The translations under genes were made by a program, and so were the position numbers. Below the pieces are notes generated by a model. The model worked only from the letters and a program-made list of their open reading frames with translations. It was not told the DNA's origin and made no database searches. Source: Octopus sinensis (lineage: Eukaryota). From it: a stretch of 23,154 nt of DNA. Below, in pieces: positions 1 to 9,900 of this stretch. Within the stretch, counting starts at the first letter, position 1, and the number at the start of each line of letters is the position of its first letter. The stretch covers positions 1-23,154 of the forward strand of contig NW_021836644.1 in NCBI RefSeq assembly GCF_006345805.1. The letters are read 5' to 3'.

Positions 1-148
1 ATTATTTTGCCATTCGAAACTAATAGTGCTATTGTGTATGTCTAGCGTTAAATTTCAAGCCTTCCTTCATGCAGATCTTAATTTCGACGATATTGAGTTA
101 ACTTACTGAATATCAAATTGGAATTTTACACGGCTATCTTAGATATCA

Positions 149-313
149 GACAGCGAGTTGGCAGAATCGTTTGCACGTCGGACAAAATATTTAGTGGCGT
201 TTCTTCTACGGCTCCTTACGTTCTCAGTTTAAATCACGCCGAGATCAACTCTGCTTTTCATCTTTCCGGGACCGACAAAATAAAGCACCAGTCAAGTACT
301 AGGGTCGATGTGA
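149..313 (+). mobile_element. SINE-A, degenerate copy
   Basis: Aligns by eye to the cleaner copies at 14021 and 21758: head cagcgagttggcagaatcg, B-box-like cagtttaaatc, central ctgcttttcatctttccgggaccgacaaaataaagcaccag, then gggtcgatg. Confidence 0.7.
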
Positions 314-596
314 ACCTCTAAAAGTTACTTGCTTTGTAAGTAAATGAGAAGCCCGTAGTTTGTTGCAGGTGCTTAGCACCAAGTCAGCTCTGATACACAG
401 TACCTATGATCAAATACATTCCTGTAGTGACCATCACGTCTATTTATCTGATACAGTGTATTTAGGACTACATTATGCTATAAATTCTCCCTTTATAAAA
501 TAAGTCGAGCCAACGAGGGATGACTCTCCATAATTGTTTGATTTAATCAAAATAATAGCAAAATCACCCTCTTATAAACTCTATTCCACCCCCAAA

Positions 597-991
597 TCTT
601 TATATATAAAAGTGAAGTTGTGTGTCTGTCTCCTACGATTTAGATTCCTAACTACACCCACATTTTGCGGTGCAGTTTAACCAAAACCGGGTATCTAGTC
701 GTGATTCATATCGAGCCCTTCTGGGTATTAGCGCGCATCTACGATTAGTCTACGATTTTTAAAAGAATTTACCATCATTTTTTTCCATTTTAATGCATTT
801 TTTCGCTATTATATAAGGGAAGTAACTCTCTAAAATGTCTACGATGAGTCAACGATTTAAAAAAAAAATTACCATCACTTTTTTTCCATTTTTAATGCAT
901 TTTTTTGCTATTTTTTTGGCTATAACTCTCTAAAAATGCTTATATAGTTATTTCCCTTACAAACCCGAGCAACGCCGGGCGATACTGCTAG
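597..991 (+). mobile_element. Non-autonomous Helitron (395 bp)
   Basis: Starts TC after an A, ends CTAG before a T, no TSD. GC hairpin cccgagcaacgccggg (964-979) lies 8 nt before CTAG. Termini match the element at 10451-10840. Confidence 0.85.
738..938 (+). repeat. Two-copy ~100-bp tandem repeat inside the Helitron
   Basis: tctacgat...aactctctaaaa(a)tg at 738-837 and 838-938. Confidence 0.9.
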
Positions 992-1066
992 TAAAAGATA
1001 AAAGATGAGAAAGCTACGGCTGGAATGCAATTATTGGTGCCCGGACTGGTACCCTGAAGCACTTGG

Positions 1067-1147
1067 TGCAGACATAGCTGTGTGGTTAAGAAGCTCGCTT
1101 TGCAATCAGTCGGTTTAAAGTTCAGTCCCACTTCACGGAACACTGGG
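1067..1147 (+). mobile_element. SINE-B-like 5' head fragment, degenerate
   Basis: tagctgtgtggttaagaagctcgct...gttcagtcccac resembles the head of the full SINE-B copies. Confidence 0.55.
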
Positions 1148-1215
1148 TAATTAAATACTACTACTACTACTAACACCATCAAGAGTACTGGAATCAATGT
1201 GACTAACCGCCATAT

Positions 1216-1622
1216 ACTCTTTTACTTGTTTCAGTCATTTGACTGCGGCCATGCTGGAGCACCGCCTTTAGTCGAGCAAATCGACTCCACGACTTATTCT
1301 TTGTAAGTCCAGTACTTATTCTATCGGTCTCTCTTTTGCCGAACCGCTAGTGACGGGGACGTAAACACACCAGCATCGGTTGTCAAGCAATGCTAGGGGG
1401 ACAAACACAGAGACACAAACATACACACACACATATATATATATATACATACATATATACGACGGGCTTCTTTCAGTTTCCGTCTACTAAATCCAGTCAC
1501 AAGGCTTTGGTTGGCCCAAGGCTATAGTAGAAGACACTTGCCCAAGATGCCACGCAGTGGACTGAACCCGGAACCATGTGGTTGGTAAGCAAGCTACTTA
1601 CCACACAGCCACTCCTGCGCCT
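1216..1622 (-). mobile_element. SINE-B, full length
   Basis: Minus strand: A-box-like TGGCTGTGTGG, B-box-like GGTTCAGTCCC, internal (TA)n/(TG)n, 3' (AAAAGAGT)-type tail. Near-identical to 1864-2277, 13514-13937 and 22557-22997. Confidence 0.9.
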
Positions 1623-1863
1623 ATATCTCAAATTTTTTTTTTTAATATATCATATAGATGCCATTTTTTATGCTGAATCCGAATTTGTTATTCAGTTATT
1701 CCAGAAAATGTTACAGCTGTTCAAAGTTTGTTAATTTTCAGAATTTTCAGCCAATCAGAAAACAGCACGTTCGCTGCCTCTTCCATCTCTTCCATGACCT
1801 GGGGTTGAACAGTAACAACAACTCCTGCTTTTATAAATATGGTCTTATTTGGGAAGCCATTAG

Positions 1864-2277
1864 TTACTTTTACTCTTTACTCTTTAATCTTGCACTTGTT
1901 TCAGTCATTTGACTGCGGCCATGCTGGAGCACCGCCTTTAGTCGAGCAAATCGACCCCAGGACTTATTCTTTGTAAGCCTAGTACTTATTCTATCGGTAT
2001 CTTTTGCCGAACCGCTAAGTTACAGGAACGTAAGCACACCAGCATCAGTTGTCAAGCGATGTTGGAGGGACAAACACAGATACACAAACATATACACACG
2101 CATATATATATATACATATATACGACGGGCTTTCAGTCTCCGTCTACCAAATCCACTCACAAGGCTTTGGTCGGCCCAAGGCTATAGTAGAAGATACTTG
2201 CCCAAGGTGTCACGCAGCGGGACTGAACCCGGAACCATGTGGTTGGTAAGTAAGCTACTTACCACACAGCCAGTCCT
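1864..2277 (-). mobile_element. SINE-B, full length
   Basis: Collinear with 1216-1622. Confidence 0.9.
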
Positions 2278-2356
2278 ATTTCAAATATATCGTGAGGTCA
2301 AATATTATTGGGATCACAGGTAGAGATTCATATTTTCAAGTTCTTTATCTAAGATA

Positions 2357-2796
2357 CGTGTGTGTGTGCATGTGTGTGTGTGCATGTGTGTGTGTGCATG
2401 TGTGTATGTGTGTGTGTATGTACATTTATATATATACATACATGCATACATACATGCATACATGCATACATACATACATACATAATACATACATGCATAC
2501 ATACATACATACATACATACATACATACATACTACATGCATGCATCATACATACATACATACATCATACATACAACATGCATACATGCATACATACATAC
2601 ATACATACATACATCATACATACTACATGCATACATACATACATCATACATACCCATACATCATACGTACGTACATACATACATACACACATACATACAT
2701 ACATACATACATACATACATACATACATACATACATACATACATACATACATGCATACATACATACATACATACGTACATGTGTGTGTGTGTGTGT
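2357..2796. repeat. Compound (TG)n/(TACA)n microsatellite
   Basis: Direct reading; explains the HTYI/MYVC ORFs. Confidence 0.98.
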
Positions 2797-2980
2797 TTTC
2801 ATTCCGTTGGTCACTCTGTTGACCTGAGCTGACCTTTTAGTCCTTCACAATTGCTGACACGACCTTTTAAAAAAACAAAAATATGATAAGAATGCCAAGT
2901 ATGTCAGTCCGAACGTCTACACGTGGTAGTGATAGTGGTGGTAATGGTGAAGTGATACTTGGGAGGGCACCGATGGTAGG

Positions 2981-3073
2981 GTGGTGGTGGTGGTGGTGGC
3001 GGCGGCGGCGGCGGCGGTGGTAGTGGTAGCATTGCGTTACAGTATGTCTACATATATATATATATATATATAT
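2981..3073. repeat. (GGT)n(GGC)n and (TA)n microsatellites
   Basis: Direct reading. Confidence 0.95.
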
Positions 3074-3283
3074 GCCTACCTATCTGTTCACTAACCACCT
3101 ATACTTACTTTACCTCTGTAGTTACCTGTTCACACATGTACCGTGAAATAAAACACCACGTTGGCAAATATTTCACCTACCATTTAGAGACCATTAGGTG
3201 GAAAAGAGGGAACTGAAAAATGAGAGAGTGGGGAGACCAAGGAGGGAAAGTAAAGAAAATCAGGCGATACACCCACAAGCGAT

Positions 3284-3327
3284 TGTATCTATCTATCTGT
3301 CTGTCTGTCTGTATATCTATCTATCTA

Positions 3328-3380
<53 letters not shown>

Positions 3381-3420
3381 CTATCTATCTATCTATCGTC
3401 TGTCATCTATTATCTATCTA
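3284..3420. repeat. (TCTA)n microsatellite
   Basis: Direct reading. Confidence 0.97.
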
Positions 3421-3588
3421 TCCCCCCCTTTTTAAAAAAATTTACCCCCCCCCTTTTTGGTTCCTCTTTCTTTCCTTTTACGATCCCTTTTGATCGAAAA
3501 CCAAACCCCCTTTTTACCCCCAAAAGAAAAGCTCTACCTTGTAATTTGTCCTGTCTGTGTACAGCCCTGTGTGGCTAATAAAGAAACA

Positions 3589-3645
<57 letters not shown>

Positions 3646-3814
3646 CTCTGTCTGCCTGTCTGTCTGTCTGCGTTTCTGTCTATCTGTTTATCTACCAATC
3701 TATTTGACTAATTAGCTAGCTAGACATACAGACAGAGAGACAGACAGACAGAAGACAGACAGAAAAATAAATAATGACAGACAGGCAGATGGACAGACTG
3801 ACTAGTAGATAGAT

Positions 3815-3876
<62 letters not shown>
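3589..3876. repeat. (TATC)n-(TCTG)n / (GACA)n-(GATA)n inverted microsatellite block
   Basis: Direct reading; centred near tagctagcta at 3713-3722. Confidence 0.9.
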
Positions 3877-3877
<1 letters not shown>

Positions 3878-4064
3878 TTGTCCCCCAACATCGCTTAACA
3901 ACTGATGCTGGTGTGTTTACGTTCCCGTCACTTAGCGGTTCGGCAAAAGAGACCGATAGAATAAGTACTGGGCTTACAAAGAATAAGTCCCGGGGTCGAT
4001 TTGCTCGACTAAAGGCGGTGCTCCAGTATGGCCGCAGTCAAATGACTGAAACAAGAGTAAAAGA

Positions 4065-4066
<2 letters not shown>
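3877..4066 (+). mobile_element. SINE-B, 3' half
   Basis: tttgtcccccaacatcgc...gactgaaacaagagtaaaagag is the reverse complement of the left part of 1216-1622. Confidence 0.9.
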
Positions 4067-4107
<41 letters not shown>

Positions 4108-4345
4108 TGCATATATATTCTGAGTATAGACATATAGACATGTCTTTATATGTAGAGTATTCCAAGCGTTTTCTAATGTAATCCTTATTGTCCTTTATAC
4201 ACCCTGATGATTTTACATACAAGGTATCTAAAATGCAAAATTGTGTAATTTGTATATGCTTTTTAATTTTAATTTTGTTTGGAGAAATGAAACAATTGTA
4301 GGTGAATATGTTGATTAATTAATAAATTAATTTATATCTGCTCTC

Positions 4346-4833
4346 GATTATTGGGATCGCCTTAAAGCCTTAAAGCCTTGAAACTCTACTCTCTCCAGCG
4401 TCGCCGTGAGCGGTACATCATTTGTACGATGTGGAGAATATACCGCCAACTTTGCCCAAACCACCTGAACATTAGCTTCAAGGTTCATCCAAGCTGGGAC
4501 CACGGGCCATACGTCCCCTGCTCTATTCAAGATCACAGCATAATTTCTTTTCCTCAACAGGCCCTGCCCTATTTAACATTGTCCCGAAAGAGATCAAAGA
4601 GGAACAGGATCCCATCAACGTTAAATGGAGTCTGGATAGAATCCTTCAAGGAATACCAGATAAGCCACCCATAATTGGATACAACTCACCCAACAAGAAC
4701 TCACTACTTGAATGGACCATAACCAAAACTTGACTTAAACAGGATTCAAATAATCCTATCAGGTGGTGCTATTAAGTTAGACATGGCCTGGACCAATCTT
4801 TGGTCGAAACATATCTAAGTTATCTAAGTTATC
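4346..4833 (+). mobile_element. 3' fragment of a CR1/L2-group LINE: ORF C-terminus (stop 4731-4733), 3' UTR and (ATCTAAGTT)2 tail
   Basis: After removing an 8-bp duplication and one 1-bp lesion it reads DYWDRLKALKLYSLQRRRERYII...GPALFNIVPKEIKE...LDRILQGIPDKP...NKNSLLEW. This is the typical post-RT C-terminus of CR1-like LINEs. Short tandem tail at 4813-4833. Confidence 0.8.
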
Positions 4834-5008
4834 CATCAGATCTCTCTGTTTCCTAACTCGATAATAATGTTTGATAATTTACGATATTTTATATAGTACA
4901 TTCTTTGGAGAAATAGCTCTTCAAAATATATTAAAATATCCCTATAAGAGGTTTAAATATCCACATTGTGACTGCACACACACATACACACACATAAGTA
5001 TGTATGTG

Positions 5009-5037
<29 letters not shown>

Positions 5038-5047
<10 letters not shown>

Positions 5048-5115
5048 ATCAAAGCCGGGTGGATTCGTTATTTTTTCTCTTTACCTATGTGAGTTGAGAG
5101 TATCACTGTCTGAGA
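5038..5115 (+). repeat. 78-bp exact direct repeat, copy 1 (copy 2 at 6151-6228)
   Basis: Base-for-base identical, offset 1113. Confidence 0.95.
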
Positions 5116-5220
5116 ATACGTACTAGGCTTAGAAAGGAAAAGTCCTGGGGTCGATTTGCTCGACTAAAGACGGTACTCCAGCATGGCTCCAGTCAAAATG
5201 ACTGAAACATATAAAAGAAA
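5113..5220 (+). mobile_element. SINE-B, 3' terminal fragment
   Basis: agaatacgtactaggctt...ggggtcgatttgctcgacta...atgactgaaac. Confidence 0.85.
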
Positions 5221-5611
5221 AAAAGAAAAGAAAAAAAATATATATATATGCACTCATACGTATACACACGCACATGCACACACGCACGCACGCACGCATA
5301 CACCCGTACCCACAAACTCGCATGTACTGGTTAAATGCACTTATAGAATGTCAGTAGCGCTAATTAATTTACTTTGTTGTTTTTATACCATTCATTAACG
5401 TCTTCATTAACACGTAATTTTTTTTTATTAATTAGCGATATATTTGTGCTTCTATGTCTAAATAGTCATATTTTTACCGCAAATTTACTATTGTTGTCCC
5501 TGTCATCGTCGTTGTTGTAGTAACTGTCGTCGTTGTAGTGGCAGCTCAAGCTATTTAACCCTAGGTTAGCACCGTCCGAGCAAACCTGTTGCTCAAGACG
5601 TTTTATCCCCA

Positions 5612-5737
5612 CCGGGTGTGGTAGAGTGGTTAAGAAGTCACGTGGGATTAATGTTCTGTTGTATTGCGTGGTGCATTGCAGACGTTACGATAACTCCAGG
5701 CTGACTATTGCCTTATGAGGTGATATGGTAGACGCAC
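5612..5737 (+). mobile_element. Highly degenerate SINE-B-like 5' half
   Basis: gtggtagagtggttaagaag...tgcgtggtgcatt...ttgccttatgaggtgatatggtagacg loosely tracks the SINE-B head. Confidence 0.4.
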
Positions 5738-5890
5738 TTTTTGCTGAGCCCTAATTATAATTATGCTTATAATTATAGAATTTTTGTATAAGGTTACCGA
5801 TAATGGTTTTTTTAACATACCGAACTACTTGGTAAAATTATTAATTATTAATTGATTAATTAATTTTACCCTTTATCATTATTGATAATA
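5738..5890 (+). repeat. AT-rich direct repeat, copy 1 (copy 2 at about 6293-6415)
   Basis: Both share tttttgctga...ttaccgataatggtt...taacataccgaactacttggtaaaattattaattattaatt...ttgataata, with indels. Confidence 0.9.
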
Positions 5891-6150
5891 TAATTCACTC
5901 CCTGATAATAAACTGCAGTTTCTGCGGAATTACTCGTGGCACACGAGGGTGATTGAGGAAGAATGTGATGTCTCATTCATCTGTTTTGAATTCGGAAGTA
6001 CTGGTTTTGGGATATAAGCTGTTCGATGGCGCTTGATCGAATACGTATGTTAATTATTAGTGCTCTCAAATTTAAAATTAAAATACTATACTGACGACGG
6101 GAAGAAGTGAGTAAAAATATGATTTTACATCTCTTTAAATCAGAATCGCG

Positions 6151-6228
6151 TATATAGTTAATCAAAGCCGGGTGGATTCGTTATTTTTTCTCTTTACCTA
6201 TGTGAGTTGAGAGTATCACTGTCTGAGA
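6151..6228 (+). repeat. 78-bp exact direct repeat, copy 2
   Basis: Identical to 5038-5115. Confidence 0.95.
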
Positions 6229-6419
6229 GATATCTTATGGTAGTGGAATAGTATTTAACTGCTATTTCTAAATTTCGGTATGTGGTGAAGCAATTTTTGC
6301 TGAACTCTAATTATAATTATGCTTGATTACCGATAATGGTTCTTTTAACATACCGAACTACTTGGTAAAATTATTAATTATTAATTAATTTTACCCATTA
6401 TTATTATTGATAATATCTG

Positions 6420-6435
6420 TCTCTCTATTTCTCTT

Positions 6436-6526
<91 letters not shown>
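6420..6526. repeat. (CT)n(AT)n(GT)n compound microsatellite
   Basis: Direct reading. Confidence 0.97.
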
Positions 6527-6529
<3 letters not shown>

Positions 6530-6651
6530 GAACACTTCTGTCGTTAGACGACGTATGAGGGTGCGACAATTTCTTATTGAACAACCACACAGATGGTTTA
6601 TCATCATCATGGCAATCCCTCAAGATCGAGGATGATGGTCTTCGCGCAAAT

Positions 6652-8380
6652 TTACTGGTGAGTCCGTAGGTGACCGATAAGACCAATTCTTGCTTGAAAA
6701 GATCGGTCGCAGTGCGGACATCTAGTGCCGGAAAGGAGAGTCACACGTGGTTGTTGTTGGCGCTCCTTCCGTCGTCGTCTTTTCTCCTCCAGCTCTGCAG
6801 ACCTTTTCGACTCGAAAGTCGCCGTTCCCTCATGGATGGTGGTTTTCTAGAGTGGTCTGTTTTTTGCCGTTTTTCCTCCCAGTAAGTGAAATCGATGTCA
6901 CACTTTTGAGTTCGTTTCAGGGAGTCCTTGTAGCGTTTCTTCTGGCCTCCTTTTGTACACTTGCCGCCTTTGAGTTGGGAGTAGAAGATCTGTTTGGGAA
7001 GTCGTTCGTCAGTCATTCTAACCACGTGGCCGCTCCATCTTAGTTGGCCTTTGATGACATAGGCTTCGATGCTGGTCATTTTTGCTTCTTGTAGCACGCT
7101 GATGTTTGTTCTTCTGTCTTCCCAGCTGATGTTAAGGATCTTCCGAAGACAGCGTTGGTGAAATTTCTCGAGCGTTTTCAGGTGGTGACTATACGGGGTC
7201 CAGGTTTCGGATGCGTAAAGGAAGGTTGGAATAATGACTGCTCTGTACACGATGAGTTTGGTTTCGGTTCGGATGAACCGATCAGCAAAAACTCTTGTTC
7301 GAAGCTTGCCGAAAGCTGTTCCTGCACACTTCAGACGGTGTTGGATTTCATCGCTGAGGTCTACCTTTGCTGACAGATGGCTCCCAAGGTAGCAGAAATG
7401 ATTCACATTTTCCAGTGGAATTCCTTCGAGTTGAATCGATGGCGGGTTGTCAACACGGGCATTGGGAGGAGGTTGGTAGAGTAAGTGAGTCTTCTTGATG
7501 TTGATGCTCAGTCAAGTTTAGTATATGCATGATGAAAAGCATTTAGGATCTGTGGAGGTGACCCTCTCTGTAAGCTGCTACACTGTTGTCGTCGGCATAT
7601 TGGAACTCTAGCAAGCTTCGCGCTATTGTCTTGACGTACTTTTGAGGCGAGCGAGGTTGAAAAGCTTGCCGTCCATTCTGTACGAGATCTCGATGCCAGG
7701 TGGAAGGTCATCTCGTATGATGTGCAACACTGTCGCGATAAAGATGGTAAAGAGAGTTGGCGCTATCACGCAGCGTTGCTTCACTCCGGAGGTGACTTTA
7801 AAGGGCTCAGAACTGCCACCGTCGGTCTGGACTCTGGCGTGCATATTGTCGTGGAGGAGTTTGAGGATCCGGATGAATTTATCTGGGCATCCATACTGGG
7901 CGAGAATATCCAGAGGAGCTCTCGTGAGACACGAACAAAGGCTTTGGATAGGTCGATAAAGGCCAAATAGAGCGGTTGGTGTTGCTCGCGACATTTTTCT
8001 TGTAGCTGTCGTAGCGTGAAGATCATGTCGGTTGTGCTTCGTGATGGCCTAAAGCCGGTCTGCGTCTCAGGAAGGATCCTCTCTGACAGCGTTTTGAGGC
8101 GGTTGTTCAGGATGCGTGCAAGAATCTTCCCAGTAGTTGCTAATAAGAAAATACCCCGGTAATTTCCACACTCAGAACGATCGCCCTTTCGTTTGTAAAT
8201 GGTGATGATGTTAGCATCCCTAAAGTCGGATGGTACAACTTCATTTGTCCAGATTTTGACCAAGAGTTGGTGGAGCTGGTGTTGGACATAATCACCTCCC
8301 AGTTTGTAGATCTCAGCTGGGATTCCGTCAGGACCCGCGGCTTTGTTGTTCTTCATCGCTGTGATAGCAATTTTGACCTC
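6652..8380 (-). pseudogene. Frameshifted RT plus C-terminal region of the RTE ORF
   Basis: ORF-track pieces 7781-8356, 7623-7994 and 6741-7406 are consecutive parts of one RTE protein broken by several frameshifts. Confidence 0.92.
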
Positions 8381-8859
8381 TTTTGGAACACCAGGACTGG
8401 TTCGACGACAATGATGAAGCTCTCAAAGAACTGATCGACCAAAAGCGGAAAGCTTTCATCAGCTCACAGAATGATCCAAAGTCTGCCACTAAACGAGAGT
8501 CTTTCAAAAAGTGCAAAGCCGCAGTTCAAAGGACAACCCGTACCCTGAAAGAACCAGTGGTGGAGACACAAATCTCGTGAATCCAGCAGCTAGGCGATGT
8601 AAACCGACACCAGAGGTTCTTCAAAGCCACGAAAGAAATATATGGACCTTCCACACATGGACAGGCTCTCTGAAGAGTTAAGACGGGAGCGACCATCCTG
8701 AAAAGCAACACCGAAATAGGAGACAGATGGAGAGAACACTTCGATGACCTCCTCAATCACAAGGCTACCATCGACAAAAGCATACTTAACATGATTCCTA
8801 AAGAGGCCGAAGATTACTCTCTCGCTCGAATTCCATCCCTCGATGAGGTCAAAATTGCT
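8381..8859 (+). pseudogene. Inverted segment of the same RTE: endonuclease-to-RT linker on the opposite strand
   Basis: Plus strand reads HQDWFDDNDEALKELI...QWWRHKSREIQQ...FFKATKEIYGP...DRWREHFDDLLN...IPSLDEVKIA. This ends where the minus-strand part begins (EVKIAITAMKNNKA). Confidence 0.92.
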
Positions 8860-8862
8860 TTG

Positions 8863-9054
8863 AGATGGTTTGTATATAGTCATTAAATGTTTGTGTAGGC
8901 ATAAGTTTACTCCCTACATCAGATCGACATTACATGTACAGGTGTAACGGGTTCCACATGTCAGATGTCAAAATGATCTCAGAGCAACGCGAAATGAAGT
9001 GCTTTACTGAAGAACACAACGCAACGCCTTAACCACTAAACCATGTGCCTTCAC
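8863..9054 (-). mobile_element. Probable third SINE-like element interrupted by the RTE (other part at about 6530-6599)
   Basis: Minus-strand start gtgaaggcacatggtttagtggtta is A-box-like; gcgttgtgttcttcagtaaagcacttcatttc follows. Family recognition is from memory; the B-box region appears deleted. Confidence 0.5.
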
Positions 9055-9070
9055 ACACACACACACCACA

Positions 9071-9127
<57 letters not shown>

Positions 9128-9153
9128 ATATTATATATATATATATATACATA
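9050..9153. repeat. (CA)n/(TA)n microsatellite
   Basis: Direct reading. Confidence 0.95.
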
Positions 9154-9234
9154 TGTTGTCAATTCAAATAAATAATCAATTCAAGTAAACGAATATTAAA
9201 ATTAACAGGCAACAAGAGGACGTGCACAAGGAAT

Positions 9235-9900
9235 GTGTCATTGATGAGGTCACGGATGGCGACGAAAGGATTTTGACAAGCCGAACTGATAGGTTGATTA
9301 TCAAATAATAGTAAAAGAAGTGAAATAGAACCACTGCGTGTCTTCATTATTGGCCCAGTGACCCTCCCGAGATACAAGAAAATCTTTTTTAACATGCGAA
9401 TTTAAACTAGCGATTGTATGAACAATATTAAATGCGATATATTTGTAAAAAAGCCGTAATCGATTTAAGATCAAATTATAATAAATTGATCCAATGATTG
9501 GTATTGAACCGCGCTTATCTTACTTCATACGGCACACGTGATTGTGGAACTTTTCCATCTCAAATTGCTATGCATTTGATATATAGTAATAATAGAGAAT
9601 ATTAACACGTAGATTCGATAATAATAACCTTTCTACATTGCATAATGGAGTCAACTGATACAAAGTTCATTAACCTGATATTAATAATCTCAGAAATAAC
9701 ATTAACCTTGGATATATCATCACACTGACTATTCAATGGAAAATGTCGAAAGATCAGTCAATCTTAATTTAACGCTTAACATAGAAGCAACAATTTATCT
9801 TCTCACCTCCCACTCTCTTACTAACAGTTAAGATGGCTAAACGAAGCTGTATAACACGGTTAACGAGGGGTTTTAAAATGGAGGATTTAATGGAGCTTGC
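9235..9900 (+). repeat. Degenerate block paralogous to 11910-13460
   Basis: Ordered anchors shared: gtca.tgatgagg..ggcga.gaaa; atagaacca..cgtgt.tt.attattgg; atggagtc..aaagttcattaacctg; gaaaatgtc; gg.taaacga; ggttaac; ggattt.at. Confidence 0.7.

Larger units (their letters stand above)
6600..8862 (-). mobile_element. RTE-clade (BovB-like) LINE, 5'-truncated and 5'-inverted, inactive
   Basis: Minus-strand RT motifs: KAAGPDGIPAE, GNYRGIFLL, QTGFRPSRSTTDMIF, AFIDLSKAF, GVKQ.C, QYADD (7588-7599) and YLGS. C-terminus LRWSGHVVRM...RYKDSLK, stop at 6652-6654, (ATG)n tail at 6601-6611. Flanked by agatggttt at 6591-6599 and 8863-8871. Confidence 0.95.

Noticed and set aside
371-580. Possible further dispersed repeat family (also about 1005-1065 and 5555-5610)
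   Set aside because: Similarity is too weak to define boundaries or class by eye.
1640-1860. ORF 1658-1912 and a minus-strand frame QPQVMEEMEEAANVLFSDWLK
   Set aside because: Short, closed by stops, and no recognisable family or splice support.
2292-2832. Long ORFs over microsatellites (also 15466-16637, 17411-17781, 18427-18660, 19177-19672, 21223-21617)
   Set aside because: They are translations of simple repeats lacking stop codons (HTYI, poly-M/S/T/I/N) with no domain content.
5918-6115. Possible host exon(s): cag acceptor near 5918, gtatgt and gtgagt donors, a MALDR-like word
   Set aside because: The long candidate has stops in all frames; the short one is ~47 nt with no recognisable homology. 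RNA-seq would be needed.
9245-9275. VTDGDER / VANGDEK resembling the mariner VTGDE motif
   Set aside because: An extra residue, nearby stops and no other transposase motifs.
9225-9280. Hammerhead-like text tgatgag-stem-gaaa (also near 11922-11950)
   Set aside because: C3 is absent, the G10.1-C11.1 register does not fit, and no stem III partner or cleavage triplet can be paired.
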